A stretch of 52,628 bases of DNA, taken from NCBI GenBank assembly GCA_022763385.1, contig JALEGQ010000105.1:1-52628 (forward strand), written 5' to 3'. The notes beneath the pieces are model-generated. The model was given only the letters and a program-made list of their open reading frames with translations. It ran no database searches and was not told where the DNA came from. A program made the position numbers and the translations under genes. Source of the DNA: a bacterium. GTDB lineage: Bacteria; Bdellovibrionota_C; UBA2361; RFPC01. Shown piece by piece: positions 17,887 to 25,307 of the stretch (the stretch's first letter is position 1; every line of letters begins with the position of its first letter).

Positions 17887-18654
17887 ATGAGGAGTATGCC
17901 ACCGAAACGAAAGGAAACAAGTGAGCTCTATGAGCGGTACCTCGATGACCCCATGGGCTATATTTCGAAAATCACCTCGCAGTTGATGCGGCGACTGGGG
18001 GTCTCCCCAAAGCTCTTTGATGAGTATCTGGCGGCAGCCTACATCGGACTCGTTGATGCTGCTGAGCGCTATGATCCAACGAGTAATGCCGCCTTTGTCA
18101 CCTATGCCTACTATCGAATTCGAGGTGCGATTATCGATAGCATTCGGCGGGATGCCGGGGTGAACAAGCTCGACTATGCCGCCTTGCGAGCGCTGAAGGC
18201 TTCGGATTGTATCGCGAGTGACCTGTGCTCCGTGTTGCCAAAGATCTCAGGTCGAGATGTTGATGCTCGGCTTGCACTTGTCCTCGAGCGTGCGGCGAAA
18301 GGAGGGTACCTCTTTCGATTGGCATACTCCGAAGTGGAGGCCGATATTGTTCGAGATGCACGCCACGCCTCCATTGAGGAGCGACTGGAAGTACTTCGCC
18401 GCAAAGAAGAGCTGCACCGTGCGATCTCGACCCTGGAAGACCGAGAGCGAATTGTGATCAGGGCCTACTACTTTGAGGATCTGACCTTTGAAGAGATCGC
18501 TACCAAGCGTTTGCGGGTCAGCCGCTCATGGATCTCGCGAATACACAGCAGCGCTCTCGAGAAACTCGCATACTACTACGAAGCATGCGAAGAGCCGAGA
18601 GTTCCGTATCGGAGACAGAAGACAGGAAAACCGTATGCAGTGGAGGAGGCATGA
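17887..18654 (+). CDS. Sigma-70-family RNA polymerase sigma factor, FliA/WhiG (sigma-28) group
   Basis: Region 2 (AAYIGLVDAAERYDP...FVTYAYYRIRGAIIDSIRR) and region 4 HTH (LTFEEIATKRLRVSRSWISRIHSSALEKL). The stop overlaps the next start (ATGA). Confidence 0.8.
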   Translation: MRSMPPKRKETSELYERYLDDPMGYISKITSQLMRRLGVSPKLFDEYLAAAYIGLVDAAERYDPTSNAAFVTYAYYRIRGAIIDSIRRDAGVNKLDYAALRALKASDCIASDLCSVLPKISGRDVDARLALVLERAAKGGYLFRLAYSEVEADIVRDARHASIEERLEVLRRKEELHRAISTLEDRERIVIRAYYFEDLTFEEIATKRLRVSRSWISRIHSSALEKLAYYYEACEEPRVPYRRQKTGKPYAVEEA

Positions 18655-19727
18655 CTAGGAGAAAAGGAAATGAAAGGAGAAGGCAGATCGTCTTCCGTAT
18701 CTGTCGGCAGATTACCGTCTGTATCTTGCTCCTGCTTTTATTGGGATGTCAGGAGCAAATTCTTCACGATCTCTCTGAGACGGAGGGTAATCGGCTTATC
18801 ACGAAGCTCCACGACATCGGGATCGTCGCAGAGAAAAAGATTCAAGCGGATGGAACCTGGGCACTCGCTGTTCAGAAGGATGATGTTCTGAAGGCCTTAT
18901 CCGCGCTCTCTGACGCAAGGGTCTTCCGTCGTGCTGGAGGAGACTATCGAGAGCGAGGAGATTCCATGCTTCCGAGTCGAGATGCTCAGCGCTTCCAGTT
19001 TGAACGAGCGGTAGCTCAAGAAATTGAGCTTACCCTCTCGGCCCTAGGAGGAGTGTTGGAGTCACGAGTGCACCTGCATCTTCCTCCCAGTGACCCACTG
19101 TTCGGTCGAAAGCTCGCCGACAATTTTTCTACAAGTGCGAGTGTCCTCCTCATTACCGAAGAGAGTTTTGTGGAAGATGTGGAGCAGATTAAAGAGCTCG
19201 TGAGTGCTGCTGCTGGAGTCAACCGGGAGAAGGTATCGATCCTTGTTTCCGGAAGTCGAGTTGAAGCATTACGAAAAGGATCAGCATCAGAGAAGCCACA
19301 GCTGCTCGCCGCTACCGTGCGCCGAAATCATATAAGTGAAGAGCAGATTGAAGAATCGGAAACCCCGGTAGGGGAGGTGGAGCAGCCTCATCATCAGTCG
19401 GAAGAGGAAGGCGAGGCTGCACGTGCTTCATTCGCAGTAGAGAGCGAGCTTTTGAAGGAGAGCAAGCTCTCTCCAGAATTGTCTCTTGAATCGAAAGGAA
19501 GGGTATCACCAATCCGAGGGAATGACGGAGATGCGGAGGCCTCTGTATCGAGCTCATCCCATCTCTGGTGGGGGATCCTTGCATTTGTCCTTCTATTGCT
19601 TGGTGCTGGAGCATGTCTCGTAGCCCGGAGAGTTCCTCTTCGTTTTCCCACTCGGAAGATAGGCGAAAGTTCTTCCTTTGAGAAACATCTTCAAAATATC
19701 ACCTTGAACGGAGAACATCGACGATGA
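18651..19727 (+). CDS. sctJ: T3SS inner-membrane ring lipoprotein SctJ (YscJ/EscJ/PrgK family) with a long acidic linker and a C-terminal TM helix
   Basis: Lipobox LLLLGC, then LSETEGNRLITKL, SRVHLHLP, SASVLLI and KVSILVS. These resemble YscJ blocks from memory. The start is the ATG at 18651 within the longer track ORF. Confidence 0.75.
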   Translation: MTRRKGNERRRQIVFRICRQITVCILLLLLLGCQEQILHDLSETEGNRLITKLHDIGIVAEKKIQADGTWALAVQKDDVLKALSALSDARVFRRAGGDYRERGDSMLPSRDAQRFQFERAVAQEIELTLSALGGVLESRVHLHLPPSDPLFGRKLADNFSTSASVLLITEESFVEDVEQIKELVSAAAGVNREKVSILVSGSRVEALRKGSASEKPQLLAATVRRNHISEEQIEESETPVGEVEQPHHQSEEEGEAARASFAVESELLKESKLSPELSLESKGRVSPIRGNDGDAEASVSSSSHLWWGILAFVLLLLGAGACLVARRVPLRFPTRKIGESSSFEKHLQNITLNGEHRR

Positions 19728-20014
19728 GTAGAGCAAAAGAGCAGAGAGGAGCGCATGGGAACGGGGTCCACAAGGGGGTGATGAGTGTGCTCTCTGGAAT
19801 CTCCGGGCATCCGGTGATGGCGTGCGCTGTCAGTGAAGAGTTTCTTAGTGAGCAGCCTTTTCCGCGTGAGATACTCTCCGAAGAGCTTCGACGAGAATTC
19901 AGTCTCTACCATCGATGGCTCGCACAGTTTCCCCTCCGCGAAGCGAAAGAGATCGCCTTCTCTGAGGTTTTGGGAATGACATCCCTCCACGCCTCCGAAG
20001 GACAGCGGGGGTAA
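19724..20014 (+). CDS. Hypothetical 96-aa protein in the T3SS-like operon
   Basis: ATGA overlap with the sctJ stop. No recognisable motifs. Confidence 0.45.
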   Translation: MSRAKEQRGAHGNGVHKGVMSVLSGISGHPVMACAVSEEFLSEQPFPREILSEELRREFSLYHRWLAQFPLREAKEIAFSEVLGMTSLHASEGQRG

Positions 20015-20018
20015 TGCC

Positions 20019-20963
20019 ATGGAGCTTTCACTTCCGGATTACGCTGATCGTCAGGCTCAAACAGAGCTCTTTGTCGATCTCTCTGATCTCTTTGATCGGC
20101 TTAAAATTCCCTTTTCCCCCGAGAACGTTCGCCCCGCTCTCTCTGACGAAGGAGGAGATCAAGAATACACGGCCTTTCATATATCTCTTTCAGGAGATGG
20201 TGTTGGTGAAATAAGAAGTCCTTCGTTCCTCTTTCTGCTCCCCTCGGCAGTAGAGAGTCGATCTCTTATGCCGAAGGAAGTTCGAGAGTTCCTTCAGTTC
20301 TTTGCTCGGCCGGAGTGCTCTACCATTACGGTGCAGAAGATCATTCCGCACTACCAGATCGGGGAAGAAGAGCTCCTTGATATTCGGGTAAATGACAAGA
20401 GCAGAGCGTGCCACTTCCTGCTTGCTTATGACGCTTCGTCCTCTTCCGAGGCGCACTCCTCCCTGAAGCAGAGCCTGGAGCTTCGATACAAGGAAGAGAG
20501 TGAAACGCGATTACGGTTTATTTCAACCTCATTTTTTCTTCCAATTCAGCAGATTTTCAGGGGGCTTGCGGTATCGGTACCGTCCTCTTTCGTCTTCGCT
20601 GAAGTGGGAGAAGAGTCGCAGTTCTGTTCAATTCTGCGGATGGAGGAAGAAGGACGTATGTATATGGAGGTACGAGCGATGAGCGAGCAAAGCATCGAAG
20701 GAGAGACAGGAGAAGAAAAGCCACAAGCAGAGCAGGGAGAGGGCTCATTACCCGCAGAGATCCGGATAGAGGGGATATCGATGAATTTTCTTCACTATCT
20801 CGCCTTGGAGGAGGGGGATGAGTTGGAACTTCCCGCTGCTGGATCACTTCCAGCATCGCTTCTGATCGGAGGAGTAGTGGTTGCAGCGGGAGAGATCTCT
20901 CCCACTGAAGAGGGACTCTCATTCGGCGTTGGCGAAAAAACTGAGAAAAATTTTGTTCTTTAG
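20019..20963 (+). CDS. sctQ: SctQ-like protein with a C-terminal SpoA (FliN/YscQ) domain
   Basis: The C-terminal ~80 aa (IRIEGISMNFLHYLALEEGDELELPAAGSLPASLLIGGVVVAAGEI) fit the SpoA pattern. The N-terminal 220 aa are unassignable. Confidence 0.55.
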   Translation: MELSLPDYADRQAQTELFVDLSDLFDRLKIPFSPENVRPALSDEGGDQEYTAFHISLSGDGVGEIRSPSFLFLLPSAVESRSLMPKEVREFLQFFARPECSTITVQKIIPHYQIGEEELLDIRVNDKSRACHFLLAYDASSSSEAHSSLKQSLELRYKEESETRLRFISTSFFLPIQQIFRGLAVSVPSSFVFAEVGEESQFCSILRMEEEGRMYMEVRAMSEQSIEGETGEEKPQAEQGEGSLPAEIRIEGISMNFLHYLALEEGDELELPAAGSLPASLLIGGVVVAAGEISPTEEGLSFGVGEKTEKNFVL

Positions 20964-20993
20964 GAAACTTTTTTTTTCTTGGGACGATAGAGA
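20963..20993 (+). promoter_or_regulatory. Putative sigma-28-type promoter P2: GGAAACTTTTT-N11-CGATAGAGA, upstream of the needle-like ORF and sctV
   Basis: Same 11-nt and 9-nt blocks at the same spacing as P1. The spacer contains a T9 run (20969-20977). Confidence 0.45.
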
Positions 20994-21058
20994 AGAGAGA
21001 AAAGAATCTGAAGAGTATTTCTTCGGAGTTACAGAGAAACAGGTGTAAGGAGATAGAG

Positions 21059-21397
21059 ATGACAGACAAAGTTTCATCAAAGGTACAGAATTTTTTCCTG
21101 CAAGGGAGTTCACAGGCCAAAAGCCAGGGGATGGTGCGGATTCCACCGGAGCCAGGAAGTTCTCTCGGAGAGGGCTTTAGCTCTCTGCTGTCGAGAGTCG
21201 GAGGAGTAGTCGGAGGAGTAGTCGGTGCTGCCACTACTTCGGGAATACCGAGTGGTCTTGATGGAAACTATCTGACCCTTATTAATCGTCAGATCGAGAT
21301 GCAGGAGCAGATGCAACTCGTCTCAATCACCTCGAATACAGAGAAATCTCGTCATGAATCAAAGATGGCGGCGATTCGGAATGTAAGGGTCGGATAG
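21059..21397 (+). CDS. Small T3SS-associated protein, possibly needle or inner-rod-like (SctF/SctI)
   Basis: 112 aa with AAGGAG upstream. The N-terminus is Gly/Ser-rich, and the C-terminal helix LTLINRQIEMQEQMQLVSITSNTEKSRHESKMAAIRN resembles the C-terminal pattern of YscI/YscF-type proteins, from memory. Confidence 0.4.
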   Translation: MTDKVSSKVQNFFLQGSSQAKSQGMVRIPPEPGSSLGEGFSSLLSRVGGVVGGVVGAATTSGIPSGLDGNYLTLINRQIEMQEQMQLVSITSNTEKSRHESKMAAIRNVRVG

Positions 21398-21440
21398 TTT
21401 ACGCCGTAAGGCGAGTATTTGTTCTTTAAGGAGGAGAAGA

Positions 21441-23327
21441 GTGAAGGAGATTATACTACCAGTTGGGCTTGTCGCCGTCATTGGATGCATGCTCCTTCCT
21501 CTTCCCTCATTTGCGGTGGATTGTCTCCTCGTGGTGAACCTGATCTTCTCGGTTCTCCTCGTGGTGAGCACCCTGTACCTTTCGGAGCCGGTAAAGCTCT
21601 CAAGTCTTCCCACGATTCTGCTTCTTGCGACGCTGTATCGATTGGCGCTGAATATTTCAACGACTAGGCGGATTCTTGGCGTTGGGGATGCCGGAGAGAT
21701 GATTGAGATGTTCGGATCTCTGCTGATGCAGGGAGAGATGTTCGTTGGTTTGGTCGTTTTTCTCGTGCTCACTTTGGTACAGTTTATCGTGATTGCGAAG
21801 GGCTCCGAACGAGTTGCTGAGGTCTCAGCTCGGTTTACCCTTGACGCGCTCCCTGGAAAGCAGATGTCTATCGATGCAGATGTGCGTTCCGGTTTGCTTG
21901 GGGTAGAGGAAGCCAAGAAGAAGCGGGATGAACTGCAGATTGAGTCACGATTCTATGGGGCGCTTGATGGAGCGATGAAGTTCGTAAAAGGGGACGCCAT
22001 CGCCGGAATCATCATCACCGGAGTGAATATTCTTGGGGGGTTAGCGGTTGGGCTTGCGGTCAAGGGGATGTCTCTTGATGTCGCTCTCCAGAAGTATACC
22101 CTTTTGACCCTTGGCGATGGACTTCTCTCGCAAGTTCCAGCCTTGCTCAACTCACTTGCTGCTGGATTGGTGGTTACGCGAGTGGCATCGAGCGAAAGCT
22201 CCTCCTTGGCAAATGAAGTGCTTGACCAGTTAGTGAGCATCCGACCAGCTCTCCTGCTTTCTGGATTCGTTGCTCTTCTCCTCGCATTTGTGGGGGTTGC
22301 AACGGTTCCATTTCTCCTGATTGGCGGAACCTTCTTCTTCCTCGGTTTTCTCTCGCCTCCGGGTGGCGCAGAGTCTGATCTCTCAGAGGAAAAGATCTTT
22401 AACCCAAAGATACCGTCATTGGTGAAGATTGAGCTCCCGGTAGGGAGTAATATCCGAAGTGAACCGCCTGCAGCTATACAGAAGGCTTTTGCAGAGGTGC
22501 TACAGAAGTTCTATGACGGGGATGGCCTTCTCTTCACCCCTCCTGAGCTCGTTCTTTCGGAGGAACTTACGGACGCATTTCAGCTCTCGTTTCGAGGATT
22601 GCCGAGTGAGCAGCGCCACCTGTGGAGTGATGCTGCCCTGGAAGCACCAGAGCAGGCTCTGAAGGAGGTGTGTAGTGCGTATGAAGCACTCCTGGATTCT
22701 TACCGAGTAGAGTGCATCGACGATATTTTCACCCGGAGGCTCCTCGATAATCTCGAGGAACAAGCCCCGGAGCTCGTAACAAATACGATACCCGGCGTAA
22801 TCTCACTCACTCAACTGACGAGAATACTCCGAGTGCTGGTGGCTGATGGGATCTCGATTCGAAATATTGACCTGATCTTGCAGGCTGTCGCTGAAAATGC
22901 CGTTCGTGCTGGCGAGGAAAATTTTCTTCTCGAAGAAGTGCGGATTGCGCTGAAGCATACTATCTCTGCACAGGTAAGTACTACACCGGAAGGGGGGGAA
23001 GGAGCAACCGTTGCGGTCATTCGGATTGATCCGATGCTGGATATGTGGCTTGCCGAGTGCTCCCAGAATCAATCAGCGCTTACACCAGAATTTCTCCTTA
23101 AGCTTGAGCGAGATTTCTCTTCAGTGGAGGAGGAGAACGTCACACCGATCGTCATCACTTCTCGAGGATCGCGAGCACTGCTTCAGCGGTGTCTTCAGAT
23201 GAGAGGTGTTGCCCTTCGAGTGGTGGCAGAGGAAGAGCTTCTTCCACGCGTTACGCAGCTCCAAAAGGGGTACGTCAAACTCAGCGAAGAAGAAGCAACG
23301 ACGTTGTACGGCAAACTCGCTGCATAA
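21441..23327 (+). CDS. sctV: T3SS export-gate protein SctV (YscV/LcrD/InvA family; FlhA superfamily)
   Basis: GTG start after AAGGAGGAG. GSERVAEVSARFTLDALPGKQMSIDAD and DGAMKFVKGDAIAG match injectisome SctV signatures rather than flagellar FlhA (GAGRIAEVGARF, DGASKFVRGDAIAG), from memory. Confidence 0.85.
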   Translation: MKEIILPVGLVAVIGCMLLPLPSFAVDCLLVVNLIFSVLLVVSTLYLSEPVKLSSLPTILLLATLYRLALNISTTRRILGVGDAGEMIEMFGSLLMQGEMFVGLVVFLVLTLVQFIVIAKGSERVAEVSARFTLDALPGKQMSIDADVRSGLLGVEEAKKKRDELQIESRFYGALDGAMKFVKGDAIAGIIITGVNILGGLAVGLAVKGMSLDVALQKYTLLTLGDGLLSQVPALLNSLAAGLVVTRVASSESSSLANEVLDQLVSIRPALLLSGFVALLLAFVGVATVPFLLIGGTFFFLGFLSPPGGAESDLSEEKIFNPKIPSLVKIELPVGSNIRSEPPAAIQKAFAEVLQKFYDGDGLLFTPPELVLSEELTDAFQLSFRGLPSEQRHLWSDAALEAPEQALKEVCSAYEALLDSYRVECIDDIFTRRLLDNLEEQAPELVTNTIPGVISLTQLTRILRVLVADGISIRNIDLILQAVAENAVRAGEENFLLEEVRIALKHTISAQVSTTPEGGEGATVAVIRIDPMLDMWLAECSQNQSALTPEFLLKLERDFSSVEEENVTPIVITSRGSRALLQRCLQMRGVALRVVAEEELLPRVTQLQKGYVKLSEEEATTLYGKLAA

Positions 23328-23341
23328 GAGGAGGAGGGAAC

Positions 23342-23929
23342 GTGATTCGAAGCATAACATTAATGGGAACAAGAGCTCTTTCCATTCTCGTGCTGTCCTT
23401 TTTGGTGAGCTGTGGTGTCTCGCAGCATCTGCCTCCATCAGTGGAAGAGGTGCGTCAGGCGCAAGCACTGATTGATCAGGGCACCTTGTATCTCCGCCAA
23501 GGAGCCTTAGCAGAGGCGAGGGGATCATTTGAAGTCTCATACGACACTCATATCTCCGCAGCGGCGCTTGATGGGCTCGGTTGTGTCGCGTTTCTTGAGG
23601 GAGAGATCGAGCAGGCGCGTGACTACTTTCTTGCGGCGTACCGTTTTGATCCGTCTTATGCGCAGAGCCTCTCAAATCTTGCCCTGCTCTACGACTATAT
23701 AGGGGAATCTGAGGCAGCACTTGAAGTGTATACTCGTGCTTTTCAGATTCAGCCAGGAGGAAGTCTTGCCCTCCGGAATAATCTGGGAGCCCTGTTTGGC
23801 GAACTTGGTCATTCAGAGCAGGCAAAAAATGAGCTTTTTCGTTCATATGCGATGCATCCGAACGCAATTACTGCTAAAAATTTACGACAGGTAGGAGCAA
23901 AGGTATGGCAAAAAAAAGAGACTCGCTGA
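23342..23929 (+). CDS. TPR-repeat lipoprotein
   Basis: GTG at 23342 after AGGAGGAGGG, a signal peptide with lipobox FLVSC, and TPR-like repeats (AYRFDPSYAQSLSNLALLYDYIGESEAALEVY). Confidence 0.65.
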   Translation: MIRSITLMGTRALSILVLSFLVSCGVSQHLPPSVEEVRQAQALIDQGTLYLRQGALAEARGSFEVSYDTHISAAALDGLGCVAFLEGEIEQARDYFLAAYRFDPSYAQSLSNLALLYDYIGESEAALEVYTRAFQIQPGGSLALRNNLGALFGELGHSEQAKNELFRSYAMHPNAITAKNLRQVGAKVWQKKETR

Positions 23930-24258
23930 AGAGAGTTCAGGAAGACGATTCGAGGGGGCCCTCTCGGGTTGATCGTGAGAAGGTCATCGGTTCCGTTGGA
24001 GTTCCCGAAACACCGACTGGCTTTCAGCACCGCATGGCAGAGACCACGGCCTATTGGCTCGATGCAGTTACCCAGCTTCGAGGAGAATCCTTCCCAGATA
24101 TTGAAAGCGCCATCGATCGCATCGTAGAGATTGTAGTCGAAAAGATGAAGTCCCTTGACGGTGGAAGTGAGATGAAGGCCTTTATGAAAGAGTCTCTCTG
24201 GGACAGTCCAGAAGTGGTCGAGGTACTTGTCGAGACCCTTGATATTAAAGAAACGTAG
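23905..24258 (+). CDS. Hypothetical acidic 117-aa protein (chaperone-sized)
   Basis: The ORF overlaps the preceding gene by 25 nt. The C-terminal half is acidic. No motifs were recognised. Confidence 0.45.
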   Translation: MAKKRDSLKRVQEDDSRGPSRVDREKVIGSVGVPETPTGFQHRMAETTAYWLDAVTQLRGESFPDIESAIDRIVEIVVEKMKSLDGGSEMKAFMKESLWDSPEVVEVLVETLDIKET

Positions 24259-24308
24259 TTATTTAACCAACACCACCTCAAGCCATGGGGAACTCTCCCT
24301 ATCAGTTT

Positions 24309-24393
24309 ACCCCAGCGTTGCATAAAAATTTGTTCGTAGAGCCACAAGAGCAGCAAAGCAGTCTACGGGCCAATTTTTATGCAACGCTGGGGT
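24309..24393. terminator. 85-nt hairpin (22-bp perfect outer stem, ~9-bp inner stem, 21-nt apical loop) followed by T5. It may be a bidirectional terminator between convergent genes, or a structured RNA or MITE-like element.
   Basis: 24309-24330 (accccagcgttgcataaaaatt) is the exact reverse complement of 24372-24393. The inner stem pairs 24335-24340 with 24362-24367. Confidence 0.4.
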
Positions 24394-24395
24394 TT

Positions 24396-25064
24396 TTACT
24401 CACTCGATCGGTGAATTCTGAACGAGAGAGAGCTGGGAAGAAGAGTGATTTCAGCGGAGGCAACCTCTTCTTTCCCTCCCTTAGTCAGGAGTTGTTTTTC
24501 TCCCTCGTCTTCTCTCTGAATGAGGAGCTCTCCATTTGTGCTCGTGATTTCGGTGCTGTTTGAGAGCTGCTTCACCATGGCATGTTGCTTCTCGACCCCG
24601 TTAAATCTGAGAGGGAAGAGGTCACGTTCCGAAGAACCGAGCGAAAAGTGTATTCCCTCAAAGAGGGGGATCTCTTTTGAAGTATTTCCGAGTTTTAAGC
24701 TGAGCAGTGCAGTAGGGGAGACGGATTGTTGGGAGAGAAGCTCTTCAGGATCGGTGATCTCCGATTGAGAAAGAACCTGAGCAGCACTTGGTGTTGGAGC
24801 GAGTCGAAAGGAATAATCTCCGAACTGAACCTGCAGGCCCGGCGTAATCGCCATCACATTTCCCTGCGAGTCTTTTTCCCCCTCTCGAACGAGGTAGTAG
24901 TCCTGTTCCACTGAGAGGATAGAGAACCACCGGTCGACGATATTCTCAGTCGAAAAGAGCCCATCCCGATCGAGTCCAAAAGAGCTATACAGCTCCCGAA
25001 CAACAATGGTTCGCGGCGCTCGACCTGGGCATTCAATACAAAGGTATACAGACATAGCCCCCAT
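24396..25064 (-). CDS. FHA-domain protein (one clear FHA domain in the C-terminal half, one degenerate N-terminal copy), no TM segment
   Basis: FSLGSSERDLFPLRFNGVEKQHAMVKQLSNSTEITSTNGELLI fits the FHA pattern G-x...S/E-x-x-H...S-x-NG. The longest ORF start (GTG at 25172) lies inside a REP copy, so the ATG at 25064 or 25055 is preferred. Confidence 0.6.
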   Translation of the reverse strand: MGAMSVYLCIECPGRAPRTIVVRELYSSFGLDRDGLFSTENIVDRWFSILSVEQDYYLVREGEKDSQGNVMAITPGLQVQFGDYSFRLAPTPSAAQVLSQSEITDPEELLSQQSVSPTALLSLKLGNTSKEIPLFEGIHFSLGSSERDLFPLRFNGVEKQHAMVKQLSNSTEITSTNGELLIQREDEGEKQLLTKGGKEEVASAEITLLPSSLSFRIHRSSE

Positions 25065-25160
25065 AGTAGAGGATATCGAAAGTGTCCGGAAGCCGTGCCC
25101 GCTGGATGAGGCACTGTTCGCAAGGTGGCTGTAACCCATTGATTTTACGTGAGATTTGAT

Positions 25161-25173
25161 GGTGCCACGCACC
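25161..25173. repeat. Solitary REP-like core GGTGCCACGCACC in the divergent intergenic region
   Basis: Exact 13-mer. Confidence 0.7.
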
Positions 25174-25213
25174 GGGCGGGAGACAGATGGTGGGTGATGG
25201 TTTTAGGTGGTGA

Positions 25214-25240
25214 TAAATCGCTACAGTTTCCCTCCGATCC
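25214..25240 (+). promoter_or_regulatory. Weak sigma-28-like element TAAA-N15-tCCGATcc upstream of the 332-aa ORF
   Basis: Spacing fits TAAA-N15-GCCGATAA. Only the TAAA and CCGAT cores match. It does not share the P1/P2 motif. Confidence 0.25.
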
Positions 25241-25307
25241 GGCCGTATACCTCCTGTGATACGGATGTGTTCTTCTCAACGGTGAGAAGTGAAATAAGGA
25301 TATTTCG

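Noticed and set aside
21441-23327. The 628-aa gate protein as flagellar FlhA, given the flagellar genes in the window.
   Set aside because: The signature blocks match the injectisome SctV form rather than FlhA. No flhB/flhF/flhG neighbours are present, and it is co-located with an SctJ-type lipoprotein. Phylogeny is still needed to confirm.
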